Origin: Leucoraja erinacea
Lineage: Eukaryota
Assembly: GCF_028641065.1 (NCBI RefSeq)
Contig: NC_073382.1
Location: forward strand, 28,458,001 to 28,522,000
Reading direction: 5' to 3'
Length of the DNA: 64,000 nucleotides
Part shown: one piece after another, positions 1 through 13,320 of the stretch
Position numbering within the stretch: position 1 is the stretch's first letter
Layout: each line of letters starts with the position of its first letter
The notes under the pieces: generated by a model
The model's input: the letters and a program-made list of their open reading frames with translations, nothing else
Database searches by the model: none
What the model was told of the DNA's origin: nothing
Made by a program: the position numbers and the translations under genes

Positions 1-744
1 TGTGGTGCATAATTTCAACAAATGGAAGTTGACATTTCCTGATCCCTTAAATTCTTCCTTTACTCATGTAAACATATAAATAAGCTCCTTATGATTCACT
101 GGGTTTTGTGGGAAATGGAGAGCATTTCTGAAAGTTGGTTTCTAATTAAAATTATATTTACTGTGTGCTCCCAGAGGAAAAGGAAATAGGAACTAACAGT
201 TCTAAACATCCTTCTCTTTGTTGAACTTGCAAATCTGTTCCTTGCAGTTTATTGCAAACAGCTGGGCCCGGGGTTTTGCATTGGAAGTCGTTGGAGACAG
301 AGGATATATCAAACAGATGATATCATGGCAGAGGGGACAAGGTTTTAGGAAGCCAGCCATTAATGAATGTAAATAAATTTGGAGCAAATGTACCTTGCGG
401 TTTCTGTTACATTTAATAACAGTAAGCATAACAGTGCTCCTGCAATGTTAATTCAAACTTCTCTGTACTGGGGTAATTTTTACTTATTTAAAAGGACCCA
501 CTTGGATTCTACTCAGATTAATTCCTCAGATTTTTATTTTTTGTATTTTACTATAATTTGAAAAGAAGATGATCTTTTAACCTTGGGGCAAATAAAAAAT
601 GAAATATAGATTTAAGGTTTTTGATGGAGTATGATTCCTTTCTTTGTTGCGGTGCCAATGCCGCAATTACAGTAGATATAGTGTCACATTGGCTGATCCA
701 CATTGTCAATAACGAGAGACATTGACAAAGCAATAGAGAGAAGG

Positions 745-1047
745 GGAGGCACAGTAGCACAGTGGTCGAGGTGTTGCCTTACAGTGCCAGAGACTCGGGC
801 TCGAGCCTAACTACTGGTGTTGTCTGTATAGAGTTTGCCGTTCTCTCCGTGACCGCGTGGGTTTTCTCCAGATTCTCAGATTTCCTCCCACATTCCAAAG
901 ACGTAATGGTTGGTTAATTGGCTTTGGTAATAAAATTGTAATTTGTCCCTCTTGTGTAGGATAGTGCTAATGTACTGTGTGATTGCTGGTCGGTGTGGAC
1001 TGGATGGGCCTGTTTCCATGCTGTATCTCTAAACCAAACTAAATTAG
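745..1047 (+). mobile_element. HE1-like tRNA-derived V-SINE
   Basis: tRNA-like head (ggcacagtagcacagtggt...cttacagtgccagagactcgggctcg), V-SINE core (gtgggttttctcc...ttcctcccacattccaaagacgt), CR1-type tail gggcctgtttccatgctgtatctctaaac. Confidence 0.85.
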
Positions 1048-1124
1048 ACAAATTTTAAAAAGTTATATATTCATATAGCACTATTCATGTTAATTTCTGG
1101 ATATTTCAAATTGTTTACGACCTC

Positions 1125-1410
1125 CCATCATTATCTCCCATGTACAAAACCATGCTGACTATCCCTAATCAGCCACAGTCAATCCAAATGCATATATATC
1201 TAATCCTTCAGAATTCTCTCCAGTAACTTGACGGCCACAGATTGTAGGTTCAATGGGTTATAGTTCCCAGGCTTTTCCTTGCAGCTTTTTTTAAATCGAG
1301 GCACATTAGCCACCCTCCATTCTTACAGAACCTCATCCGTGAGTAATGATGATTTGTATATCTCAGCTTGGGTGTCTGCAATTTCTTCTCTTGCTTAAAT
1401 TGCCTCCTCC
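1125..1410 (-). mobile_element. old CR1 LINE RT fragment
   Basis: caaaaccatgctgactatccctaatcag is the reverse complement of the CR1 'LIRDSQHGF' region; highly decayed. Confidence 0.5.
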
Positions 1411-1414
1411 CAGA

Positions 1415-2030
1415 GGTTACAATATACATCAATGATTTAGATGAAGGGATTCAAAGTAACATTAGCAAATTTGCAGATGACACAAAGTTGGGTGGCATTG
1501 TGTATTGTGAGGAGGATGCTATGAGAATGCAGGGAGACTTGGACAGGTTGGGGGAGTGAGCAGATGCATGACAGATGAAGTTTAATGCGGATAAATGTGA
1601 AGTTATCCACTTTGGTAGCATTACTATCTAAATGGCGTCAATTTGGGAAAAGGGGAAGTAGAACAAGATCTGGGGGGTCCTTGTACATCGGTCTATGAAA
1701 GTAAGCATGCAGGTACAGCAGGCAGTGAAGAAAGCGAATGGCATGTCAGCCTTTATAACAAGAGGAATCAAATATAGGAGCAAAGATGCCCTTCTGCAGT
1801 TGTACAGAGCCCTAGTGAGACCACACCTGGAGTATTGTGTGCACTTTTGGTCCCCTAATTTGAGGAAGGACATTCTTGCTATGGAGGGAGTGCAGCGTAG
1901 GTTTACAAGGTTAATTCCCGGGATGGCGGGACTGTCATATGCTGAGAGAATGGAGCAGCTGGGCTTGTACACTCTGGAGTTTAGAAGGATGAGAGGGGAG
2001 AGGGAATCTCATTAAAAAATATAAGATTGT
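1415..2030 (+). mobile_element. CR1 LINE 3' part, left half (interrupted by L1)
   Basis: YINDLD...SKFADDTKLGG RT motif and LVRPHLEYCVHFWSP CR1 C-terminus; resumes at 4464. Confidence 0.92.
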
Positions 2031-4463
2031 CTTAACGTAATGCACTCACATAAATCTCACGACCAAGAGTTATCTATTATCTCACTGGACGCAGAAAAAG
2101 CGTTTGATCAAGTAGAATGGGATTATATGATTAAAGTATTGCAAAAATTCCAATTGGGAGAAAACTTTATCGCATGGATAAAACTATTATATAACAAACC
2201 TACGGCTAGAATATTAACTAATAATATTTTATCCTCGAAATTTGAACTATCAAGGGGCAATAGACAAGGATGCTCATTATCACCGCTGTTATTTGCTTTG
2301 GTAATTGAACCCCTTGCTGAAAAAAAATAAGAACACAGCCGGATATTTATGGTTATAATACAAAATACTCAAAGAATAAAATATCCCTATATGCCGATGA
2401 TGTACTACTGTACATCACAAAACCACAAATTAGTATACCAAACATATTAAATTTAATTGAGGACTTTGGATCCTTTTCGGGATATAGAATAAATTGGAAC
2501 AAAAGTGAAATTATGTCGATAAAACCAAAAGACTCAACACATCTTCGGAAATTTCCCTTTAAAATAGCTACAGAAAAATTCAAATATTTGGGAATTGAAA
2601 TTACTAGAAATTACCAGGATATGTTTAAAGCCAATTATAATCCCTTACTCAAGAAATTGAATAATCTGATTAAATTCTGGAAAACACTTCCGATGTCCTT
2701 AATAGGCAGAATAAATGCTATTAAAATGGTTTTCTTACCACAAATTCTATACCTATTTCAATCAATACCTATATATCTCCCAAAAAAGTTCTTCAAAAAA
2801 TTGGACTCAGATATTACAAATTTTATATGGGATTATAAATCCCATAGAATACAAATAGCACACCTTAATAAACGAAAAGAGCTGGGGGGTCTAGCGCTCC
2901 CTAATTTTATGCATTATAATTGGGCAGTAAATATTAAAAATATGATTCACCTGCTGGACAATTCTGCACAGCAGGCGGACTGGATGGTAATGGAAAAAGG
3001 GGACTGCTCCCCGAGTAATATAGGAGCGACCATCCTCTCACCAATAAATTTGAATAATAAAAATTATAATAAAAATCCAATTATACATAACACAATAAGA
3101 ACATGGAAACAAAATAAAACAGAATTTAAAATTAGAAACCTATCTCTTTTAATACCAATAGTCAATAATCCATCGTTTAAACCATCAATCATAGACAAAT
3201 CATTTATACAATGGGAAAGAATGGGAATTAAAACGCTCGAAGATCTGTATGAATTGGGGAATTTACTATCATTTCAACAACTACAACTGAAATATAATTT
3301 GAAAAATAACCAATATTTTAAATATCTTCAAATTTGTGATTATCTGAAAAAAACACACAAAAGACTATCATAATATGCCTTCCGACTTATTGGATGAAGC
3401 AATGAAGACCAAGGCGGAATCAGCTAATTTAATATCGTACCTATATAATATCATTTTAAACATAGAAATACCCACAACAGATGGAATTAGAAAAGATTGG
3501 GAACAAGAATTAGCTATAAAAATATCAAAAGAGACCTGGGATAATCATTTACTACAGGTGCATAAATGTTCGATCAACGTACGACATACGCTCATCCAAT
3601 TTAAAACATTACATAGATTATATTATTCAAAAACTAAATTAAATAAAATCTTCCCTAATGTTTCACCAATCTGTGATAAATGCCTGTGTCAAGAAGCTAC
3701 CATAGCGCACTCTTTTGTTTTTTGTACAAAAATCCAAAAATTCTGGTATGAAATATTTGATATTTTTTCAAAATTGATCAAAATAAAACTGGTACCAAAA
3801 CCAGAATGGATTATCTTCGGAATATCGGAAGGTAACCCTGAATTAAACGTGTTTCAGAAGAATTTATTTAATTACGGGCTAATAATGGGAAAAAAGCTTA
3901 TACTTAAATTCTGGAAAAATGTGCCGACACCAACAATAAAAATGTGGATATGAAATATGTTTGAAACATTACATCTGGAAGAGATGAGATTCCTCCTAGC
4001 AGGTAAAGCAGACCAATTCCAAAAGACGTGGTCTATGTTTCTGGACCTATTACAAGTATGAGGTGCAATAGTAATTTAAAAAAAAACAAATATATAAATA
4101 AGTGGTATCAGGACCTGGTAATGGGAGGTAAAACAACAAAAACAGACTTGGTTGGTAGTCCCCTTTCTGCGGAGTTTAATGTTATAATAGAGCGATTGTT
4201 CCTATTTTCTCTTTCTTTCTTTTCTAGGGTCTATTTTCTCACTTTACTTCCTTCTCTAACTTCTTTCCTAAGGGGCTTTCTTTTCCCAACACTTTTGCAC
4301 TTCACGACTCTCTTGCACTTTCTTTACTTTCCTTACTTCTACCTTTTTCTTAAAGCTCAAAAAAAAATGAAGCGGTACAAAAAATGTATTAAGATATATG
4401 TGTTGTGTAGGATTGTAATTTACCGTACTTCTAATAAAAATAAAATTAAAAAAAAATATATAT
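2031..4463 (+). mobile_element. 5'-truncated L1-clade LINE inserted in CR1
   Basis: 12-bp TSD atataagattgt (2019-2030 / 4464-4475), AATAAA at 4433-4438, A-rich tail, T-rich 3'UTR. Confidence 0.93.
2040..4061 (+). pseudogene. L1 ORF2 remnant (RT plus C-terminal CCHC zinc knuckle), frameshifted
   Basis: SLDAEKAFD, RGNRQGCSLSPLLF, YADD (tatgccgatgat near 2390), FKYLGI, GGLALPNF, CDKC-x7-H-x4-C; split over ORFs 2040, 2513 and 3375. Confidence 0.92.
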
Positions 4464-4836
4464 ATATAAGATTGTTAAGGGTTTGGACACGTTAGAGGCA
4501 GGAAATGTTCCCAATGTTGGGGGAGTCCAGAACCAGGGGCCACAGTTTAAGAATAAGGAGTAAGCCATTTAGAACGGAGACGAGGAAACACTTTTTCTCA
4601 CAGAGAGTGGTGAGTCTGTGGAATTCTCTGCCTCAGAGGGCGGTGGAGGCAGGTTCTCTGGATGCTTTCAAGAGAGAGCTACATAGGGCTCTTAAAAATA
4701 GTGGAGTCAGTGGATATGGGGAGAAAGCAGGAATGGGGTACTGACTGGGGATGATCAGCCATGATCACATTGAATGGCGGTGCTGGCTTGAAGGGCCGAA
4801 TGGCCTACTCCTGCACCTTTTGTCTATTGTCTATTT
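4464..4836 (+). mobile_element. CR1 LINE 3' end, right half
   Basis: SRTRGHSLRI...FSQRVVSLWNSLP and 3' UTR gggccgaatggcctactcctgcacc with (tgtctat) tail. Confidence 0.92.
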
Positions 4837-5361
4837 AGTAGATACTGGTAGCATATGCAGGGAGAGCAGGTATTGGGGGAGTTGTTCTGGGACGCCAGAA
4901 CCAACTGTTGAGCCTTCCTGAGGTGTCGTGGGCCTAACTCAAAGAGAAGAGAGGTGCCGACTAGATAACCCCAATTATATAAGCATCTATACAATCAGTT
5001 TTTTTGTAATGTGCTCGTAAACATGTGGGTAGCTGATTATGCATATGGAGTTATTTATTGTCCTTATCATGTTAATATAATCAGTTTAAATAGTACTTTG
5101 ACTTTGGGCTTGGTTTTCTTAGTTGAGTGCTTATCCTGGTGTTATAGCACAAGTATTTGTGTTTTCATTGTAATTTGTAGGGCCCTCTATATATTGCCTG
5201 GGGAAACTTTTCTGAACACTTTTCATGGCACTATGACAATCCAGTCTATTTTGGAAAATCCTCTACTAGGACAAAGTTCTTAGTCTTGCAGCTGCCTCCA
5301 ATCTCCTGAATCTCCTGTTCTTCCAATTCTGATTAGCTCTCTGGGTGCATTTAGTACACTT

Positions 5362-5997
5362 TGGGTGCGAATGGTATGTTAGCATTCACAGCAAAAGGAT
5401 TTGAGTATAGGAGCAGGGAGGGTCTACTGCAGTTGTAAAGGCTGTTGGTGAGACCACACCTGGAGTATTGTGTACAGTTTTGGTCTCCAAATCTGAGGAA
5501 AGGCATTCTTGCCTTAGAGGGAGTACAGAGAAGGTTCACCAGACTGATTCCTGGGATTTCAGGACTTTCATATGAAGAAAGACTGGATAGACTCGGCTTG
5601 TACTTGCGAGAATTTAGAAGATTGAGGGGGGAGCTTTTAGAAACTTATAACATTCTTAGGGGGTTGGACAGGCTAGATGCAGGAAGATTGTTCCTGATGT
5701 TGGAGAAGTCCAGGACAAGGGGTCACAGTTTAAGGATAAAGGGGAAATCCTTTAAGACCGAGATGAGAAAAACATTTTTCACACTGAGAGTGGTGCGTCT
5801 CTGGAACTCTCTGCCACAGAAGGTAGTTGAGGCCAGTTCATTGGTTATAGTTAAGAGGGAGTTAGATGTGGCCCTTGTGGCTAAAGGGATCAGGGGGTAT
5901 GGAGAGAAGGCAGGTACAGGATACTGAGTTGGATGATCAGCCATGATCATATTGAATGGCGGTGCAGGCTCGAAGGGCCGAATGGCCTACTCCTACC
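5362..5997 (+). mobile_element. CR1 LINE 3' fragment
   Basis: ORF 5445-5927 VRPHLEYCVQFWSP...RTRGHSLRI...WNSLP plus typical 3' UTR. Confidence 0.92.
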
Positions 5998-6834
5998 CCT
6001 CTTTTACCCCATCTTTATCTGTACCCTGGAACATAAAGCTGACAATCCTGTCCCTTTCTTCGCCATCTTTCCATAATGGCTACAACATCCATGTCGCTCA
6101 TACCGATCCATGCCCTACGTTCATCCACCTTACCTGTCATGCCTCTCACATTTAAATAAATGCAATTCAATCCAACAGCCCTTTCGCTCTCCCTGCCATG
6201 CTCTTGCCTATTCTGTCTACTGAACTTTATTACCTTTCATATCGACTTCCAGCTCTCGACTGCCTCAGTTCTGCATTTCATCTCATATAAGAGTTTATAT
6301 TCATATAGAAGTCATGGACCATGGAATTGTCAGGAAGTAAAATGTCGGCTTGTATAAATTGCGCTGAATAATGTGTTAGGTATCAGTGGTTACCTGCTTA
6401 AAATGAAGTCAGATTTTGATAGTTCATTCACTATCAGGAAAGTACATTTATCAGTTTTGAAAGCAAAAGAACAAGTGTTTGAATTTGTAATTAATTTTAT
6501 AAACAGATGCACAAGGAGGTTACCTGGATCTTGTGAGACCAGGCACGGAGTATTGTGGAAAGATGATTATAAACCAAAGTAAACAAAGATAGAAACTTAA
6601 AAGATTTAGCATTGTAAGTAAAAGTGCTGACATTTAAAATTCTAAAATTTGAGAAGCTTATGAATGTGGGTCTATGGTTCAGCTTGTTAATAATATTGGA
6701 CTATTTGATTCCAAACAAATCCATACATTTTGCTTAATTTAAGGCACTCAGAACAAGAGTTTACTTGGTGTTTTCATTCTCCTAAAATTACGCTATTGCC
6801 AACAAAATCAACGGCCATTTATCAACGGCCATTT

Positions 6835-7200
6835 ATCAAAATCAGCAGTCATTCCCTTTTCTCCCCTCTTCTGTCGGACAATAGATACAAAAGCTTGAAA
6901 GCACATACCACTAAATTCAGGAAAGATTTCTCACCTGCAATTATCAAACTACTGAACTTCCTCTCAAGCTAATAGTGTTGCCACAATCTCCTGACCTACC
7001 TCATTGTGACCCTTGCATATTTTTGTTATCTGTACTCGTTCTGTAACTGTAATGGTATCACAACGTAATGTTGTTATTTGGACCACATATTGTACTTGTG
7101 CAACTGCTTGATTGTACTCACATGCGGTATAATTTACCTGGGCAGCATGTGAGTACTATGTGACCGGTATAAATACTTTATCTCAGTACACATGACAATT
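6835..7200 (+). mobile_element. Rex1/Babar LINE 3' end fragment
   Basis: HSLFSPLLSDNRYKSLKAHTTKFRKDFSPAIIKLLN matches the Rex1 C-terminal motif LPSGRRYRS...RFRNSFFP. Confidence 0.75.
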
Positions 7201-7241
7201 ATCCAATACCAAAACCAATAATAACATCAACTTCTGTCTTA

Positions 7242-8001
7242 ATGGCCTGTCCCTCTGACGCGACTTTTCAGTGACTGTCTTCGAACTTCAATCTTGAGGG
7301 CACTCGCCCGAAAAACCTCTAGCTGGATCGACCGTCAGCGATGAAACCGCGAGCCGGATCAACCGTCTGCACACACGCACACACACAAACACATCGCAAA
7401 GGTGGGGGCCAGGGAAAGCAGGGGAACGTTTTCTGAAATTCACACCAGCGATGAACAGGAATGTAAAAGACAGCTGGCACAGTTACGGTAGGGTTAGGTC
7501 CTTTAGAGAGCACAGGGGGGGGGGGGGGGGGGGGGGGGGCGAAGGAGGGGGGGGGGGGGTAGGGGAGGGGGGGGGTGAGAAGGAGTGGAGACACTTTTAA
7601 GAAGCCAGACACTTTTAATAAAGTTTAGCGGGCATTTAACAATACCGGTCGGTTTACTGACCTTTTTTTTCTCAACGATCTTTATCTTCGACTACCTTCG
7701 ATTACCTTTGACTACCTACGATAGCATTACGACCTACTAGGACCTACCTCGACTAAACCTACGAGTAAAAAAGATATCTATTTTTTCCATGGCAACTCTT
7801 TTTTTACTCGCGGGCCTTTTTAAGCATGTTGAAAAAAACGCCGCAACCTAGCTGAGGCCTCAAGTACGTGGGGACTACTCTCAAGCATGAAGAAGAGTTA
7901 CAAAGACCTCTTAGGACCTTTTGTCGACCACGCTGCGAGTATTAGTCGAGGGCAAATTCTTCTAAACTCGTTAATTAGGTCGCCACAGTGGGACAGGTCC
8001 T
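7242..8001. mobile_element. non-autonomous PIF/Harbinger-like element (MITE)
   Basis: Imperfect TIRs (a)tggcctgtccctctgacgcgac / gtcgccacagtgggacaggtcc(t); TTAA at 7239-7242 and 8001-8004; subterminal ctacc/tcga repeats; internal poly-G. Confidence 0.8.
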
Positions 8002-9840
8002 TAAGAGTCTCATGCATGTGGGCTCATCAGACTCTATAGTTTGCTAATCAGGATGCGCTTATGTTTTGCAATACACTATGGACATGTTCGTAAAAAAATA
8101 ATTCTGCTGTGCATTTGCACTTTTCACATGTGACAATAAAAGCACTATTGAACCTCTGCGGTACGTATTTAATTTTGAAATTGTCTCAAGGATGGGGCAG
8201 TAAAGGAAGAGAAGACTGTCTAAAGAAATGGTGATCAAGTGAGTCTCAGGAGAAGGAGTTGAGTGATCATATTTTTGTGGCAAATGTCCAGGGAGCAGTA
8301 GATGCAGGAGTCCATGTAGATGTGGGAAAATGTAGCCAGCTGTGGTTTGAGCCACTATGCAGTGCATTAAGGATGAATATAAATACCTACCTTATTAACA
8401 TTACTTAACTTATTACTATTTAATGTGTCTGAGATTCTGAGAAGGGTCCTCTGGTGCAGATAAACTCAAGGAGGTTGCAGAGAAATGTATTGATATTTAT
8501 TGATTTGGTTCCACAATTACTATTTTGTTACTCGATTGCGTTACATGGACCAAAATGATAGCCCATGATTAATGCCATGTAACGCAATCTAGTAACAACA
8601 TTGTGGTTGTGATGAACAGGGCTTGTCAGATACAGAGAATCTGGAAAAAATATTATTGAAATTCAATGACTGGTCAAACAATTAAGGAATGCATATGGGA
8701 AATAGAAAACATGGTAAAACTTGAAGCAGCTGGAAAATCTACAATAAGTTTAAAAAATCTGAATTTCATGGAGATTTTGCTTGGGATATTGAACAAATTC
8801 TTTGAATGCCCTCCTGGTGTATTGGTCCATCTTGATTCTCCTAAGTAAAGGAACAACAATGGTTATTGCTGAAATAGAAGAAGGCTACAGACATTCAGGG
8901 TGATGAACTTGAAAGACAGCCTCGGGTCATGGAAAGCTTTTTGTTTAACAGACTGCATGGTTCCAACTAGGCGGGGAAGTCTGAGTCGGCTAGCTGACAA
9001 GAAAATGCAACAGCCACTTGATGGTGATGAGGGGACAAATTTGTGCCAGATGGAGTAGATGCTGCTGTCTCATGGCTGTTTTGAATAAGCAAACAAAGTT
9101 CTACCTAAGCGTGCCCCCCTTCCCCCACCCCATCCCTTGCTGGATCTTCTTCATACACCTTAGTGGCAGAAATCAGATTTCATGAGGGTAAATTCCTGGA
9201 AAGCGGCTGGTTCAGATGGAGTTCCTGGAAATCTTTTGATAATCAACTGGCCACGGCCTTCACCAATACCTTCATATTTTACTTCAAAAGCCTACCATCC
9301 TCACGAGCTTCAAGGAAACCTCCATCATTCCAGACCTCAAGAAAAAAAAAGGACTTCCCAATATCTACCATCTGGTAGTTCTAATATCAAAGTGCTTTGA
9401 AAGATTGGTAATGGGCTACAGTTGCCGCAGTCTTTCAGACGATCTAGACCCCTTCCAATTTTTGTGTTTGGAAATAGGTCAATGAAAGACCATGTCTATT
9501 GCCCTACACTCAGCTCTGGGTCACCTTTACAATAAGAACACCTAAGGTAGGATGCTGTTCATTGAGTGCAGCTCAACCTTGAACACAATAATACTGAATC
9601 ACTTCATCCCTAAACTTCTGGACCTTGGTCTTGGGATCTTAATCTGCAATTAGTTTCTGCACTTTCTGACTAACAGATCTGTCAGTTAGAATTGGTCATG
9701 ACATTGCCTTCCCCCTAGACTCAATATTGGTGCCCGCCAGGGTCATAAAAGTAGTCCCTTCCTCTATTCCATGTACACCCATGATTGACAGGCCAAATAC
9801 AACATTAAATCAATCTTAAATACACCAATGATACCACTGT

Positions 9841-9892
9841 AGACAAAAATGCTGGAAAAATTGAGTGGGTGAGGCAGCAACTATGGACGAAG
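9841..9892 (-). mobile_element. short Penelope-like terminal fragment
   Basis: 11-bp TSD gataccactgt (9830-9840 / 9893-9903); sequence matches the PLE tail family found across the window. Confidence 0.75.
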
Positions 9893-10189
9893 GATACCAC
9901 TGTTGTCGGTCAGATTAATAATAATTATTATTTGCAGAGATCGTCTGACAATGGTCAGACTAATGACAAAAGATAAGTTGCAGGAAAGAGATTTAGAACC
10001 TTGCGTCAACCTGTCAGGACAACAACCTAGCTCTTAACATCAGCAAAATAAACCAGTTAGTTGTTCCCGAAGGAAGCGAGAGGGATAAACATAATCTTGT
10101 CCTGATCAACAGAGGTGCTGTAGGGATGGTCGACAGTTTCAAGCAACCTAATCTCATCCCTTCACAATGATGGCCGAGGTTTCTCTAGA

Positions 10190-10548
10190 ATGCCAGAGGT
10201 TGCAAGAAGACCTGATAGAAGTCTATTAAATTATGAAAGCTACAGATATGGTAGACAATCACAACCTTTTTCCCAGGATGTCAAAATCAAATGCTAGAAA
10301 GGCATCGCTTTAAGGTTCTTTACGCAGAGAGTGGCGAGTGCCTGGAAAATACTGATGGGGTTAGCAGTTGAGACAGATGTAATAGAAGCATCTAGGAGAT
10401 CTTTGGATAGGCATATGGATATGCAGGGAATGGAGGGATATGGATTATGTGCAGGTAAATAAAAATTGGTCTTGGCATCATATTTGGCACAGACATGATA
10501 GGCCGAAGGGCCTGTCCCTGTCCTCCACTGTTGTATTTTCTATGTTCC
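10190..10548 (+). mobile_element. CR1 3' fragment nested in Rex1
   Basis: gacctgatagaagtctat..., cagagagtggcgagtgcctggaa, tail ggccgaagggcctgtccctgt...ttctatgttc. Confidence 0.75.
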
Positions 10549-10835
10549 AGTTCAGGAAAGACATCAGCTTATTTACTTTCTTAACCATCTGAAAATATTT
10601 AACAAGTCCATGAGGATTCTCTCAAACTTATAGATTTATAATAGAAAGTATTGTGATTGAATACCTCTCAGCCTCTTATGGCAACTGCTCCGACTTATCC
10701 TGAAGGGACTGGTGAACACAGCCCAGTCCATCTTCACAGGGTGTTGCATCTGGAAGGCTGGAAGTATTGTCAAGAATGCTGCCTCCCTGGCCAATCCCTT
10801 CTCCCTCCTTCTACCTTCTGAGAGAAAACACAGGA

Positions 10836-13320
10836 GTAAAACAGTTGTAATGGGTGACTTCAATCTACATATAGATTGGGTGAATCAAATTGGCAGAGGT
10901 GCTGAGGAAGAGGATTTCTTGGAATGTATGCGGGATAGTTTTCTAAACCAACATGTAGAGGAACCAACGAGAGAGCAGGCTATTCTAGACTGGGTATTGA
11001 GTAATGAGGATGGGTTAGTTAGCAGTCTTGTTGTGCGTGGCCCCTTGGGCAAGAGTAACCATAATATGGTTGAATTCTTTAATACGATGGAGAGTGACAT
11101 TGTTAATTCAGAAACAAGGGTCCTGATCTTAAAGAAAGGTGAGTTTGAGGGTGTGAGACGTGAATTGGCCAAGAAGGACTGGCAATTGATTCTTAAAGGG
11201 TTGACGGTGTATATGCAATGGAAGGCATTTAAAAACTGCATGGATGAACTACAACAATTGTTCATCCCAATTTGGCAAAAGAATAAATCAGGGAAGGTAG
11301 TGCATCCGCGGATAACAAGGAAAATCATGGATAGTATCAAAACAAAAGATGAAGCGTACAAATTAGCCAGAAAAAGCAGCCTACCAGAGGACTGGAAGAA
11401 ATTCAGAGTCCAGCAGAGGAGGATAAAAGTTTTATTAGGAAAGGGAAAATAGATTATGAAAGAAAACTGGCAGGGAACATAAAAACTGACTGTAAAAGTT
11501 TTTATAGATATGTGAAGAGGACAGGATTTGTTAAAACAAATGTAGGTCCCTTGCAGCCAGAAACAGGCAAATTGATAATGGGGAACAAGGACATGGCAGA
11601 CCAATTGAATAACTAATTTGGTTCTGTCTTCACTAAGGAAGACATAAATAATCTGCCGGAAATAGCAAGGGACCCGGGGGTTAAATGAGATGGAGGAAGT
11701 GAGTGAAATCCAGGTTAGCCGGGAAGTGGTGTTAGGTAAATTGAATGGATTAAAGGCTGATTAATCCCCAGGGCCAGATAAGTTGCATCCCAGAGTACTT
11801 AAGGAAGTAGCTGCAGAAATAGTGGATGCATTAGTGATAATTTTTCAAAACTCTTTAGATTCTGGAGTAGTTCCTGAGAACTGGAGGGTAGCTAATGTAA
11901 CCCCACTTTTTAAAAAGGGAGGGAGAGAGAAAACGGGGAATTACAGACCAGTTAGTCTAACATCGGTGGTGGGGAAAATTCTGGAGTCAGTTATTAAAGA
12001 TGGGATAGCAGCACATTTGGAAAGTAGTGAATTCATTGGACAAAGTCAGCATGGATTTATGAAAGGTAAATCATGTCTGACGAACCTTATAGAGGTTTTT
12101 CGAGGATGTAACTAGTAGGTGGATAAGGGAGAACCAGTGGATGTGTTATATCTGGACTTTCAGAAGGCTTTCGACAAGGTCCCACATAAGAGCTAGGTAT
12201 GCAAACTTAAAGCACACAGCATTGGGTGTTCAGTATTTATGTGGATAGAGAACTGGCTGACAGACAGGAAGCAAAGAGTAGGAGTAAATGGCAGGCAGTG
12301 ACTAGTGGGGTACTGCAAGGCTCAGTGCTGGGACCCCAGCTATTTACAATATATATTTATGATCTGGATGAGGGAATTGAATGCAACATCTCCAAGTTTG
12401 CGGATGACATGAAGCTGGGGGGCAGTGTTAGCTGTGAGGAAAATGCTAGGAGGCTGCAAGGTGACTTGGATAGGTTGGGTGAGTGGGAAAATGCATGGCA
12501 GATGCAGTATAATGTGGATAAATGTGAGGTTATTTTGGTGGCAAAAACAGGAAAGTAGACTGTTATCTGAATGGTGGCGGATTAGGAAAAGGGGAGATTC
12601 AACAAGACCTGGGTGTCATGGTACACCAGTCATTGAAAGTAGGCATGCAGGTGCAGCAGGCAGTGAAGAAAGCCAATGGTATGTTAGCATTTATAGCAAA
12701 AGGATTTGAGTATAAGAGCAGGGAGGTTCTACTGCAGTTGTACAGGGTCTTGGTGAGCCAAACCTGGAGTATTGCATACAGTTTTGGTCTCCTAATCTGA
12801 GGAAAGACTTTCTTACCATAGAGGGAGTACAGAGAAGGTTCACCAGACTGATTCATGGGATGTCAGGACTTTCATATGAAGAAAGACTGGATAGACTCGG
12901 CTTGTACACGCTAGAATTTTGAAGATTGAGGGGGATCTTATAGAAACTTACAAAATTCTTAAAGTGTTGGACAGGCTAGATGCAGGAAGATTATTCCTGA
13001 TGTTGGGGAAGTCCAGAACTAGGGGTCACAGTTTAAGGATAAGAGGGAATTCTTTTAGGACCGAGATGAGAAAATCATTTTTTACAGAGAGTGGTGAATC
13101 TGTGGAATTATCTCCCACAGAAGGTAGTTGAGGCCAGTTCATTGGCTATATTTAAGAGGGAGTTAGATGTGGCACTTGTGGCTAAAGGGATCTGGGGGTA
13201 TGGAGAGAAGGCATGGATGGGATAATGAGTTGGATGATCAGCCATGATCATATTGAATGCAGGCTCGATGGGTCGAATGGCCTACTCCTCCACCTATTTT
13301 CTATATTTCTATGTTTCTAT
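10836..13320 (+). mobile_element. CR1 LINE ORF2 (endonuclease C-terminal part to 3' end), frameshifted
   Basis: VVMGDFN (APE), ILDWVLSN, NYRPVSLTS, QHGFMKGKSCLTNL, GVLQGSVLGP, KFADD; tail (ttctat) repeats. Confidence 0.95.

Noticed and set aside
7680-7770. Short repeated ctacc/tcga units resembling an array
   Set aside because: Subterminal repeats of the Harbinger-like MITE; no repeat-spacer structure and a eukaryotic context, so not CRISPR.
8640-8940. Possible Tx1/L1 endonuclease start (FITLNV) on the minus strand
   Set aside because: Only one short motif plus frameshifted guesses; not supportable without a search.
10885-11604. 239-aa antisense ORF
   Set aside because: Shadow frame of CR1 ORF2.
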